Shown here piece after piece: positions 1 through 8,621 of a DNA stretch of 64,000 nucleotides. Numbering within the stretch: the first letter of the stretch is position 1; every line of letters begins with the position of its first letter. Position numbers and translations under genes: made by a program. The DNA lies in the IMG/VR virus record IMGVR_UViG_3300034358_000003. One strand, 5' to 3'. The notes below the pieces were generated by a model that did no database searches, was not told where the DNA came from, and saw nothing but the letters and a program-made list of their open reading frames with translations. This DNA is from an uncultured virus (IMG/VR IMGVR_UViG_3300034358_000003). Its lineage: Duplodnaviria; Heunggongvirae; Uroviricota; Caudoviricetes.

Positions 1-220
1 AGTCATAATCGACCAACGTCTGTACGTCCTCCTTGACATTGAAACGATCAAGGTAGGCTTTAGTCAGCTTGGGATTGTGTCCCCAAGCTTTGCCCATCAA
101 ATCGCTTTCCACATACAATATCTCATTGCATGGGGCTTGTGTAGTCCACTCTGTATCTGTGGCAATCACATAGCCATTGCAGGAAGCGAAAGAACACAGA
201 GTCAGGATAAGAGCGTACAT
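1..220 (-). CDS. hypothetical secreted/membrane early protein (runs off window)
   Basis: Manual translation MYALILTLCSFASCNGYVIA..., open to position 1; start overlaps the upstream stop (TAATG). Confidence 0.65.
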   Translation of the reverse strand, partial: MYALILTLCSFASCNGYVIATDTEWTTQAPCNEILYVESDLMGKAWGHNPKLTKAYLDRFNVKEDVQTLVDYD

Positions 221-315
221 TATTTTACACCTTTTGCTAGGTTGAACATGGTTATCAGGATGAATGCAGACAGGCTGATAATCGCGATATTGATAATCAA
301 GTCAGTGAAGTTCAT
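220..315 (-). CDS. 31-aa membrane peptide
   Basis: MNFTDLIINIAIISLSAFILITMFNLAKGVK; RBS-like sequence upstream; below ORF-track cutoff. Confidence 0.6.
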   Translation of the reverse strand: MNFTDLIINIAIISLSAFILITMFNLAKGVK

Positions 316-320
316 AGCCT

Positions 321-533
321 TTAAGCTCCTTTGCACATTTTGCCAGCGTACATTATATAGCTTGTCTTGCCTTCTTCACAAGCTTTAATATTGCTCTGAT
401 GTTGCTTAGCTTCGAACAATACAGATGCGGCCTTTGCCTCTTTAGCACGATGGATATCACCCACGATAGGGGCCACTTGATAGATTGCCATCATGGAAGT
501 GAAAAACAAGACAAGGCCAGTGAAGAAGTTCAT
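321..533 (-). CDS. small membrane protein
   Basis: N-terminal hydrophobic helix; AAAGGA RBS; directly downstream of a promoter. Confidence 0.7.
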   Translation of the reverse strand: MNFFTGLVLFFTSMMAIYQVAPIVGDIHRAKEAKAASVLFEAKQHQSNIKACEEGKTSYIMYAGKMCKGA

Positions 534-566
534 TTGCTTGCATCCTTTGTTAGTTGGTGTGAGAGC

Positions 567-596
567 ATTCTACTATGCTTCGAATGCTCTGTACAA
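567..596 (-). promoter_or_regulatory. sigma70-like early promoter
   Basis: TTGTAC/TGTACA ... TAGAAT; 9-bp inverted repeat around -10. Confidence 0.6.
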
Positions 597-603
597 CACT
601 TAT

Positions 604-795
604 TTAGTAGTCGAAGCCAACGAAAAGCATTGTGCCTTTCTTAACCCACACCTCGCGGCAATGGTCTTCTGTGTCAACCAACGAGTAGCGTTTTGTAACC
701 TTGTCATAATCGCCACGGGTGAACACACCTTTGGCATCGGCCTTGCGCTTTACAAACTCGCCTTTCTTGATGGTTTCGACAGCTTGAGTATTCAT
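604..795 (-). CDS. hypothetical early protein
   Basis: Start moved to MNTQAVET, downstream of a promoter at ~829-857. Confidence 0.75.
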   Translation of the reverse strand: MNTQAVETIKKGEFVKRKADAKGVFTRGDYDKVTKRYSLVDTEDHCREVWVKKGTMLFVGFDY

Positions 796-864
796 TTTGA
801 AAGCCTTGTGTTGTGTGGGTGTGAAGTCATTGTATCGACTAATCACACCCTGTACAACATTTAT

Positions 865-1338
865 TTATTCAGCTTTCAAATCTTTTATCAGCTTTTCGAG
901 GTTGGCGATATCCCATTCGATATGATCCGCCACCTTGACAGCCTTGCCCACTTGTGCGTTACCATTAACCACTTTGGAAGCATTCGCATTTGCGAACTGG
1001 ACACTATTCCACTTGCTTGCACCTTCGACATTCGTCCAAGGCCATTTAGCGTTTTCGGCTTCGAAGTTGATCGGCATAGGGTGTTCATCACCACACACGA
1101 CCATGAATTTGTTGGCATCGGTGGTATTTAGAATCGCTTTCAATTCCACCACACGGGCTTCAAATTTGGCGATTGTGTCGGCTTTCAACAGTGCAACAGC
1201 TTTATCTGCTTCGTTCATTGCTTTGTATTCCTTGTGGGCTGTAATCAATGCACCTTTGAAGACAACACGATACGTAGTGTTTACACCAGTGCTCATGATG
1301 AAACGAGCTTCTTTGTGTGCTTGGGCCATTACGTTCAT
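865..1338 (-). CDS. hypothetical early protein
   Basis: Start moved to MNVMAQ (AAGGTG RBS); TTGACG..TAGAAT promoter at ~1388-1415. Confidence 0.8.
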   Translation of the reverse strand: MNVMAQAHKEARFIMSTGVNTTYRVVFKGALITAHKEYKAMNEADKAVALLKADTIAKFEARVVELKAILNTTDANKFMVVCGDEHPMPINFEAENAKWPWTNVEGASKWNSVQFANANASKVVNGNAQVGKAVKVADHIEWDIANLEKLIKDLKAE

Positions 1339-1698
1339 GCTATCACCTTGGGTTAGTTGGGAGGCTGTTTGCTTTCCCTTGACGCCCATTCTACAGAAGC
1401 CACAACACACGTCAACAACTATTTTCAGTCTTGCAGAAGAAAAACTACAGGCGTATTCCAAGGTGCCCACCAGTGTTTAAGTCTTGCTGTCAAGCTTTTT
1501 CTGTTATAGTTGTAGATCAGAACCATTCTCATTATATATCCTTTGGCTCATACGGCCAACCTTGACTATCCCACGCTTTAAATCTTGATTCCACGTCTCG
1601 AAAGTGTTTCATGTTATACACTTGACCGGACGTGAACACTTTACCATGCCGACCAACCTCTACACGCTTCTTTTCACGAATGAGAACTATTTCTATTC

Positions 1699-2106
1699 TC
1701 ATGTAAACAGGCTACCTAGGACACTGACAACGGCAGTCATAGCCCCGGACGCTTGACAACCTGTCAAGGCTAAGCCCATGCCAGCAAGGGCAGCGATTCG
1801 CCCTAGGCGTGACGAAAGGTCGGGCGTTGCACCGTAGCACGTTGCCATATCCCTCACTTTGACACAATGCAAAGCAGCTTTGACAGTTGCTGTAATGTCC
1901 TTTGATTCTTGCCCGTACACAATGAAGCCTTGACGGCCACCAATCCAGTTAAGTCGCATGATGTTACGGCCTTGAGCATTCTGGATATAGCAGCGAGTGC
2001 CGTGGCCTTCCATCTTGTGGCCTTGCCCTTTTTCAGCATAGTACATTGCTTTGCGAATCTTGGCAATCATGGTTGGGTGAATCAAGCTAGTGACAGTAAC
2101 GGACAT
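1699..2106 (-). CDS. hypothetical protein with C-terminal hydrophobic segments
   Basis: ORF with AAGGA RBS; TTGCAT..TAAGAT promoter upstream. Confidence 0.75.
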   Translation of the reverse strand: MSVTVTSLIHPTMIAKIRKAMYYAEKGQGHKMEGHGTRCYIQNAQGRNIMRLNWIGGRQGFIVYGQESKDITATVKAALHCVKVRDMATCYGATPDLSSRLGRIAALAGMGLALTGCQASGAMTAVVSVLGSLFT

Positions 2107-2187
2107 CAGTGCAAATCCTTAACAGCGTTGGTGTGGTAGGCATCTTAACAATACCGCTCAAGCTATGCAAGCGGCATTAGTAAGAAT

Positions 2188-2388
2188 CTACAGCTTTTTT
2201 AGTGAGGCTTCCCGGTCATAGTACAGACCATCAAAGCACCAACTATGCCCATCGTTAAGCTTGACAGCAACGCGATTGCCTGTATCTTCTAGAGACAGTT
2301 CAAGCGACTTTCCGTCACGGTCGAAAGCTTCCCAACCGACCACAACACCTTCGCCGTGGTCTGTCAACACTTTATCATTCAGATTCAT
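2188..2388 (-). CDS. hypothetical small beta-barrel protein
   Basis: Start MNLNDKV overlaps the end of the upstream gene. Confidence 0.65.
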   Translation of the reverse strand: MNLNDKVLTDHGEGVVVGWEAFDRDGKSLELSLEDTGNRVAVKLNDGHSWCFDGLYYDREASLKKL

Positions 2389-2614
2389 TCGGAACATCCT
2401 CCAAGGCATAACCGCCAATGTCTACCAGATTGCCGCCCCCATAAGTGGGGTTAGCTTTCATGTATTCAGCCATGCGAGCGTGACCAATGTCAAGCAAAAG
2501 CACTTGCATATCATGCTTGCCAAATTGACAAGCGGCGCCACGCATAGTGGCGTAGCCTTTCGGGTTGCCTTGAATCTTCCCGTTGGCGTCACGAATGAAA
2601 ACACGTTTCATCAT
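2375..2614 (-). CDS. hypothetical protein
   Basis: ATGA coupling to the upstream gene. Confidence 0.7.
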   Translation of the reverse strand: MMKRVFIRDANGKIQGNPKGYATMRGAACQFGKHDMQVLLLDIGHARMAEYMKANPTYGGGNLVDIGGYALEDVPNESE

Positions 2615-2910
2615 ACCACCTTTACAGGGTTATAGTCGGCACCTTTCCACACCAAATCAATGATGAACGCATAGCCGGAACTGTCAGGCATACCGCCACC
2701 AGACACGACACGAAACTCAAAATCGTCTGTCGGGTCACGCTTCTTGTTCAGTTCGAAGATATAGAAAGCAGCGGCCAAAGCGTGGTTTTCTTCGCTACCA
2801 ACTGAGCTATCCCACAATACCAGCTTGTTACCCATCCAACCCTTGACAGAAACACGGGAAGCGCGTTTGTCAGTTGGGCCTACGAATTTGGTGATGATTG
2901 CTTGTGCCAT
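2611..2910 (-). CDS. hypothetical phage protein
   Basis: AGGAG RBS; TTGCAC..TAGAAT promoter at ~2951-2978. Confidence 0.8.
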   Translation of the reverse strand: MAQAIITKFVGPTDKRASRVSVKGWMGNKLVLWDSSVGSEENHALAAAFYIFELNKKRDPTDDFEFRVVSGGGMPDSSGYAFIIDLVWKGADYNPVKVV

Positions 2911-2985
2911 GATTTGCAGCTCCTAGAGCGTTGTTTGTTTGTGTAGGGCCATTCTATCAGAGTGAACAGCCCGTGCAAGCTTTAT

Positions 2986-3351
2986 TTACACTTCAGTGTA
3001 AACAGAAGATGCTTGATAAGTCTTCAAGTGTTGTTCAAGCGTGGTAAGCTGCCAGTTTGCACCACGTACAGCCCATTGCGGAGGATTCGATTTAAGCATA
3101 CTATCCAAGCTTTCGGCAGACACGCTAGCAGCTTCACCAAAACCCCAACCTGTGCCAGTGCTACGGGGTTGGTCTGTCTTGTAGTTGCCGCTAAACTTGA
3201 AACCGCCCAAATCAAATTGGAAACACACGACACGGCTACCAGCCTCATCAGTGTAGAAGCCATAAGTGCCACTCTTAGCAATGAACACACGAAAGCCAGC
3301 GGCCTTGATTTCTTGTGCCAGTTGTGCGACAGCTTCTACTTTGTAAGACAT
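2986..3351 (-). CDS. hypothetical phage protein
   Basis: AAGGA RBS; TTGACG..TAGAAT promoter at ~3399-3426. Confidence 0.8.
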   Translation of the reverse strand: MSYKVEAVAQLAQEIKAAGFRVFIAKSGTYGFYTDEAGSRVVCFQFDLGGFKFSGNYKTDQPRSTGTGWGFGEAASVSAESLDSMLKSNPPQWAVRGANWQLTTLEQHLKTYQASSVYTEV

Positions 3352-3547
3352 GGTGCGATTCCTTTTAGTGGTAAGGCTGTGTGCCTTTGATGTTGGTCAT
3401 TCTACAGCGTTGAATAGTCACGTCAAGCGTATTTCAGGTAGATAGCGAAAATAGATGCTATCCAAAGCACGAACAATGTAATGAGAATGATTAACAACAA
3501 CCTTTCAACCTTTGTCATGGTGCACACTCCTGGCCTAACGTGTGACG

Positions 3548-3574
3548 AAAAAGCCCCGCTTGTTAGGCGGGGCG
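3548..3574 (-). terminator. intrinsic terminator after the DGQHR gene
   Basis: GCCCCGC/GCGGGGC stem followed by a T-tract on the minus strand. Confidence 0.8.
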
Positions 3575-3585
3575 AGTGGTGTAGC

Positions 3586-5052
3586 TTATGCCGCGTCTTC
3601 CACCTTTGGCGCCGTGCGGCTTGGTAGCTTCAACTGCCAGCGGATCATGTCAGCAATGATCGGATAAATGTCGTTGTGACGTGTGCCGAATTTCATCCAC
3701 TTGTTTTGTTGATCGAAGTGGCCGATATCCCGGCTAACGTCGCCATTGTCTGGCAGATAGTCCCGCAAGCCGTTCAACTTCGCTTTAATGCGTTCCTGTT
3801 CGGTCATTTCATAGAAGCGCCAGACCGGGTTAGTGTGGCTGAAATTGACTTGAGCCAGATTATGCAGAAGCTTTTCCAAGTCTTCAGCGGCGTTAGCGTC
3901 ACGGCGACGACCGAACCCTAGATCGTAGACCAGCTTCGCAATGGCCTTCACGACTACAGGTTGTGCCAGTACAGTGTTTGCCTTTGCCCCTTGCTTGCCA
4001 AAGCCGGGAACGTTGGCGATAGCGCCCCACATACGGTATGCAGTGGCTTGCTTTTCTTCTACGTCTTTCGGCGTAGCACTGGCAATGCTGGTTTTGTTCA
4101 AAAACAGGATGGCATTAACTGCCGCCAAGTCTCGAAACGTCCAACGGCCTGTATCCTTCTGCCAGTTGGATTGGTCCCCGTCCACTACGTCTTCCCAGTC
4201 CAGAATGTTAGGCAGCAATTCATTCTGAATAAATTGGTTAACAGGGTTTGCACTATCGAATTTCAGTGCTAAACTGCGCTCCACTTTCTTAGACAGGTTG
4301 TTCAAGTCGTGGAAGAGTTGTTGTTCTTCACGAACGCCAAGCCCGAGGTGGATTTCCACGGCGATCTTGCAAAAGCCGCGTGCTACTTCGTCGCATTCGT
4401 CCCACGCCGCGAGTATATCGTTTTCGATAGTGGCCTTGAAGTCACCTTCAAAGAGTTTTGGCTTGCGTGGGTATTTCCGATTCAACCTGATTTCAGTCAG
4501 GAATTCGAAAACCAAATCCATCGCATAGCGTCTGTGCTGGCCGTCGATCACGTACAACAAATCACGTTGGCCGAGGTACACCTTGAAGCATGCCGTTTCG
4601 CCGTCCGCTTCCATGCGTTTGCCTTCAATACCAGCTCCACCGGGTTCAACCGTGCGAAGGTTGGCAATGATCGGCTGTAGTGACATGTAGGTTTGTGGCC
4701 CCATCACCTTTTGCAGCTCGTTAAGCGCTTCGCTTGTGGATTTGCCATTCTTGGCACGATACTCGATTGCAGCGGCAACCAGACCACGCAAGATATACTT
4801 TGCGAGCCCTGTAGCGTGTGCCTCATTGAGTGGGCGTTGTGTGGCTGGCGTGCCGTCCGGTTGCCGCTCGTTGGCTACCTTTGACATAGCGTAGAAGTCT
4901 TTCATGGGAATGAGAGCCAGAAAGGTACGATGGCCGAGGTTGTGACCAATGAAAACCTTTTCAGGGCGAGCGCTGCTATCAGCTTCTTTCAACAGGTTGT
5001 CGATAGAGGTGATAGGGGTTGGCAAATGACCTTCGTTAGTGTGAGCAAACAT
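3586..5052 (-). CDS. DGQHR-domain (DndB-like) protein
   Basis: Motifs TQRPLNEAHA, YVIDGQHRR and EEQQLFHDLN typical of the DGQHR/DndB family; 488 aa. Confidence 0.85.
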   Translation of the reverse strand: MFAHTNEGHLPTPITSIDNLLKEADSSARPEKVFIGHNLGHRTFLALIPMKDFYAMSKVANERQPDGTPATQRPLNEAHATGLAKYILRGLVAAAIEYRAKNGKSTSEALNELQKVMGPQTYMSLQPIIANLRTVEPGGAGIEGKRMEADGETACFKVYLGQRDLLYVIDGQHRRYAMDLVFEFLTEIRLNRKYPRKPKLFEGDFKATIENDILAAWDECDEVARGFCKIAVEIHLGLGVREEQQLFHDLNNLSKKVERSLALKFDSANPVNQFIQNELLPNILDWEDVVDGDQSNWQKDTGRWTFRDLAAVNAILFLNKTSIASATPKDVEEKQATAYRMWGAIANVPGFGKQGAKANTVLAQPVVVKAIAKLVYDLGFGRRRDANAAEDLEKLLHNLAQVNFSHTNPVWRFYEMTEQERIKAKLNGLRDYLPDNGDVSRDIGHFDQQNKWMKFGTRHNDIYPIIADMIRWQLKLPSRTAPKVEDAA

Positions 5053-5107
5053 GGTGCATCTCCTAGAGGGCTTTCTAAGCTTTGGCGTTGTTGCCTCGCT
5101 TGATTGA

Positions 5108-5137
5108 AAGATTAGCCCTAGAGAAAACCCCTGTCAA
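5108..5137 (-). promoter_or_regulatory. sigma70 promoter of the DGQHR gene
   Basis: TTGACA-17-TAATCT with AT-rich UP-like sequence. Confidence 0.7.
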
Positions 5138-5160
5138 CACATATTTGAAAATATTTTGAG

Positions 5161-5188
5161 AAAAAGAAAGGGCGACATAATCGCCCTT
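5161..5188 (-). terminator. intrinsic terminator
   Basis: AAGGGCGA/TCGCCCTT stem plus T-tract. Confidence 0.75.
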
Positions 5189-5206
5189 ACAATTCAACCA
5201 CTTAGG

Positions 5207-5491
5207 TTAGTCGTGATAGTCAATATCCACGTCGTTACCTTGGGTCAGTTGTGACAAGAAGGTGATTTGCGTTTCTTCTTGATAGTCATTCAACTGAGCT
5301 TGAAACAGAAGCGGTGACACTTGGCGTAGCACATCACCGGGGGCAAAGGCCACATTGCAGACGATTGCATCACCGTAGCTATTGTTCAACACCTTGACAA
5401 ATTCGTCAGGCGTGACCTTTACAATCCAGTCATTAACAGCGTGACCACGAAAAGATTTGACATTCCCCAACGTCAGTACAGCTTTGCTCAT
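5207..5491 (-). CDS. hypothetical protein
   Basis: ORF downstream of a TTGACA..TAAGAT promoter (~5570-5598). Confidence 0.65.
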   Translation of the reverse strand: MSKAVLTLGNVKSFRGHAVNDWIVKVTPDEFVKVLNNSYGDAIVCNVAFAPGDVLRQVSPLLFQAQLNDYQEETQITFLSQLTQGNDVDIDYHD

Positions 5492-5619
5492 TGCACCCAA
5501 CTTGTGACACTCCTATATAGCTTTAACGAGTGTCCAGCCTTATGGCTGGTTTCTTCCCCGTTGGCGTACATCTTATGGATTAACTCCTAGGCTGTCAACC
5601 CTTATTGCTAATCGCTTTA

Positions 5620-5985
5620 TTAATTAGCGTAAAAAGTTTCATGCTTATAACAAGCGGCGCCCGCCATTGTTTGAAATAGACTAGGATACCAATCAACTCC
5701 CCACACTGTCAACTGTGCTTGAAGCATGCGTGTATAGCCGTTCCCTTGGGCATGGGGCGCAGTTTGCTTATAGTAGATTTCCCCATCAGGCTGTACGATA
5801 ACGCCGCTTACACCACTGTCAGGCGCATTGTCAAGGAATAAAACGATACGGTGAAAACCTTTATGATCCTTGTATAGCTTGATTTGTTTGCCGTCTGGCA
5901 GTGTTTCACACTTGACAAGTGACTCTAAACCAGTGGTTGTACACTGATTCAGCGCGTTATAAATAGTGGAATTCATGCGAAACAA
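5620..5985 (-). CDS. putative GNAT-like acetyltransferase
   Basis: TAPHAQGNGYTRML resembles the GNAT acetyl-CoA motif A (Q/RxxGxG). Confidence 0.5.
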   Translation of the reverse strand: MFRMNSTIYNALNQCTTTGLESLVKCETLPDGKQIKLYKDHKGFHRIVLFLDNAPDSGVSGVIVQPDGEIYYKQTAPHAQGNGYTRMLQAQLTVWGVDWYPSLFQTMAGAACYKHETFYAN

Positions 5986-6029
5986 TCCGAAAGAGTGGCG
6001 CCATGCCTAGAGGCTGGCGCCTTATGCTG

Positions 6030-6707
6030 TTAGCCTTTGGCGATTAGATCAACTGTCTTTGCCGCTGTACCGTGTGCACGAAAGCCAATGATATAGTTCC
6101 GGTCTGCAATCTGGCACAAGCCACAAGACAAGCAATCCACTTTGTCTGTGTTTTCGGCTGGACAAATCACAACCTTATTACCGGCTGGCGTGTGACTAAC
6201 CTTTTCGGAATCACGCGGCATAATCACAACAACGGGACCAACGTTCAAAGCTTTGAGCTTGTCAGCGTGGTTAACGTCATTGGCTGACAGGTTGACTGTG
6301 AAACCTTCGGTATTAGCTTGATGCACGGCCATCATATTGGGGATTGTATCCATTGGGTAATGCGTGTATGTAAAGCCACGTTTACCACGATTTGCATTAA
6401 CCAGTTGACTTAATGCAAGTGTGTCAATTTCATTGTTAGAGCCGTTCAAGTCGCCAGCTTGATTATGACGCCACAAGCTACCACGTTGAATGCGTTTGAT
6501 TTGGGTTAGGAATTCTGGCCAGCTTGCGGCATTCTTCGATTGACCGGCGTCAAGTTTACGCCAGTGCATGCCGACAGGGCCATACTTTGCATAGCAGCCT
6601 TTAAGCTTGATAGGGCAAGCGTCTGGGCAAGTTGCGGAATTCGAAGTGGATACTGGCATTGGGCCAGTCTTAGAGTTGCTGGATACTGGATTAAGAACGT
6701 AGAACAC
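6030..6707 (-). CDS. Cys-rich, radical-SAM-like phage protein (Gp88/DUF7227-like)
   Basis: NSKTG..CPDACPIKLKGCYA; RHNQAGD; C-terminal CPA..CLSCGLC. Confidence 0.65.
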   Translation of the reverse strand: MFYVLNPVSSNSKTGPMPVSTSNSATCPDACPIKLKGCYAKYGPVGMHWRKLDAGQSKNAASWPEFLTQIKRIQRGSLWRHNQAGDLNGSNNEIDTLALSQLVNANRGKRGFTYTHYPMDTIPNMMAVHQANTEGFTVNLSANDVNHADKLKALNVGPVVVIMPRDSEKVSHTPAGNKVVICPAENTDKVDCLSCGLCQIADRNYIIGFRAHGTAAKTVDLIAKG

Positions 6708-6769
6708 TGCTTACCCTTACTGCTAAGAACGTTTAAGATGCGAGAATTATAGACTATCTGATTCTTGTG

Positions 6770-7162
6770 TCAAGGCTTGAAGCTAAGAATTTTCCAGATA
6801 ATCAAGAAACCTAATACACAAAACAACTTGATATGCCAGCGTTTGTATTTTGTTGGACCTTTGGACATCCGACGTTTAAGGTTGATTGTCGTGGCCTTGT
6901 CTGGCTTCACGTATCGCCCTGTAGCCTTGTCTAGTGCTTCTGTGGCCTTTGCCTCACGAACGTTTAGAGCTTCGTGGCAATCTAGATAGGTGTCGTATTC
7001 CAGTTGGTCTAACTCGTAAGCTTTCTCAAGGTCACGACGTAGGTCATAAATCAAATCAAGCTCAGTTGCTCCACGTCCTAAGATACGACGGTGCAAAGGA
7101 ACTGGCGGTTTAATCACCTTGACCTTAATTTCAGGTCGCGGCGCCCTTCTTAGCCTTGCCAT
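6770..7162 (-). CDS. hypothetical protein with C-terminal TM anchor
   Basis: Start MARLRR; hydrophobic C-terminus. Confidence 0.65.
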   Translation of the reverse strand: MARLRRAPRPEIKVKVIKPPVPLHRRILGRGATELDLIYDLRRDLEKAYELDQLEYDTYLDCHEALNVREAKATEALDKATGRYVKPDKATTINLKRRMSKGPTKYKRWHIKLFCVLGFLIIWKILSFKP

Positions 7163-7164
7163 GA

Positions 7165-7281
7165 TTAGTCCCGAATTACATACCAAATACGATTAATACG
7201 ACCGACTTTGCAGCTACCTTTGTCGGCTGTCGCTTTGAAAGCTTGTACAGCGTTGGTGAACACTTCGCAATGCTTAACCAT
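7165..7281 (-). CDS. 38-aa peptide
   Basis: MVKHCEVFTNAVQAFKATADKGSCKVGRINRIWYVIRD; AGGAG RBS; first ORF after a TTGACG..TATAAT promoter. Confidence 0.6.
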   Translation of the reverse strand: MVKHCEVFTNAVQAFKATADKGSCKVGRINRIWYVIRD

Positions 7282-7309
7282 TTGCCTAACTCCTTGAGTT
7301 GATAGGGTG

Positions 7310-7354
7310 ATTATAGACATAACAAAAAGCCCCGTCAACTAGGACAGGGCTTTT
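7310..7354 (-). terminator. terminator overlapping a sigma70 promoter
   Basis: AAAAGCCC..GGGCTTTT hairpin containing TTGACG, with TATAAT downstream. Confidence 0.7.
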
Positions 7355-7357
7355 ATT

Positions 7358-7555
7358 TTACAGAAAGTCAGCTCGAAACCTTAAATCAAACGCCTCTAAG
7401 CACTTATCAGCGTAGGCCGTCGCCGTGCTGGCAGACTTACAGTCATTTGCGTTTGCAGTCAAGGCCCAAGCGTTAGACCACACTTGGCGGCGTTCCCGCT
7501 TGTATTGTTCCGGCTTGCTTTCTTGTACTGGTTTTGCTAGGTTCAAGTCAGTCAT
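7358..7555 (-). CDS. hypothetical protein
   Basis: Start MTDLNL with AAGGAG RBS; TAATG coupling. Confidence 0.7.
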   Translation of the reverse strand: MTDLNLAKPVQESKPEQYKRERRQVWSNAWALTANANDCKSASTATAYADKCLEAFDLRFRADFL

Positions 7556-7695
7556 TATTCTGACTCCTTCCAAACGCCCCACGCACCTGTACCACGTCGC
7601 CCACTTCGACGGCCAATTTCAGACCGTCGGGCTTGACGCTTTGCCGCTTGATACTGGTAGTCTTTGCCGAATTCGTTAGCTTTCACAACACGCAT
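7555..7695 (-). CDS. 46-aa Arg-rich peptide (paralog of 11738-11884)
   Basis: MRVVKANEFGKDYQYQAAKRQARRSEIGRRSGRRGTGAWGVWKESE. Confidence 0.7.
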   Translation of the reverse strand: MRVVKANEFGKDYQYQAAKRQARRSEIGRRSGRRGTGAWGVWKESE

Positions 7696-7707
7696 TTGAT
7701 GCCCTTA

Positions 7708-8034
7708 TTAGTCTTCAAAAATATATTCGGTGCCGTCGATCTTTGCCCGCGTCATTTTAGACAGCGTGACGTTAACCCACGGAAAAGGATTATTATTTGC
7801 CAGCTTAGCAGGATCGGCGGCGGTGTAGTTGTCTGGATTGTGTGCCGCTGGATTGGCTTGCACAATCTCATTAGTACCACTTGCAAGGGCTTTATTCATC
7901 CATTGCTTTAGCACACGTTCTGTGGTGCTACCGTCTTTCTTCTGCCACGTTACGGAAAACATCTGGCCTTTGTTGCCGTCCAGAATTTCACGTTTACGTT
8001 GGATCGAAGCGCCTTTGATGATCAGAGTATTCAT
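7708..8034 (-). CDS. SH3/WYL-like beta-barrel protein
   Basis: FSVTWQKKDGSTTER motif; paralog of the adjacent gene. Confidence 0.7.
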   Translation of the reverse strand: MNTLIIKGASIQRKREILDGNKGQMFSVTWQKKDGSTTERVLKQWMNKALASGTNEIVQANPAAHNPDNYTAADPAKLANNNPFPWVNVTLSKMTRAKIDGTEYIFED

Positions 8035-8099
8035 GATGCAAACCTTCTTTTGTGTTGGTGTGGACATGATTCTAGGCCCATCTTTAGGCGCTGTCAACC

Positions 8100-8399
8100 T
8101 TATTTAAAGAACATTTTGCGACCGCCCATCGACAGGCTGATAATCGTTTCCATGTTCACATTGCGGAATTGTTCCCGGCCTTGAGAATCTTTCTCATTAA
8201 GCACAATGGTAACATACTTTTCAATATGGCCGGTTGTGTTGTGGCCGTTTTGACCTTCCACCTTGCGAACATGGCCGTTCAAGGTGCGGGTAGTGCCGTC
8301 CTTCTTAACGAACGTCACACCGAAAAACTTAGAGCCATTGGCACGGATCATGCTTGCTACGGCCTTGCTCACTGCATCAGTCTTTACTACTTGTTGCAT
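8100..8399 (-). CDS. SH3/WYL-like beta-barrel protein
   Basis: FGVTFVKKDGTTR...FRNVNMETI; start moved to MQQVVK. Confidence 0.75.
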   Translation of the reverse strand: MQQVVKTDAVSKAVASMIRANGSKFFGVTFVKKDGTTRTLNGHVRKVEGQNGHNTTGHIEKYVTIVLNEKDSQGREQFRNVNMETIISLSMGGRKMFFK

Positions 8400-8409
8400 T
8401 TGGTTCCCC

Positions 8410-8553
8410 TTAAAGATTGCGGTTATTTTGCCAGCGACTTGAAGCGTTAGCGCTTTCTTCATCGATATCGTAAAGTTCTATTGCCTGTTCTTCGTCATAA
8501 TCGACGTAAGAAAATTCATCATCGTCTTCAGGCGGGTCAAGCATCCAATCCAT
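8410..8553 (-). CDS. 47-aa highly acidic peptide
   Basis: MDWMLDPPEDDDEFSYVDYDEEQAIELYDIDEESANASSRWQNNRNL; directly after a promoter. Confidence 0.6.
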   Translation of the reverse strand: MDWMLDPPEDDDEFSYVDYDEEQAIELYDIDEESANASSRWQNNRNL

Positions 8554-8621
8554 ACAACTTTAAACCTTGTGTTTCGGTTGGGACATTCTACACTTTCTAG
8601 AATGTCCGTCAACCCTTTATT

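Noticed and set aside
3586..5052. Complete DNA phosphorothioation system
   Set aside because: No dndA/C/D/E homologues nearby
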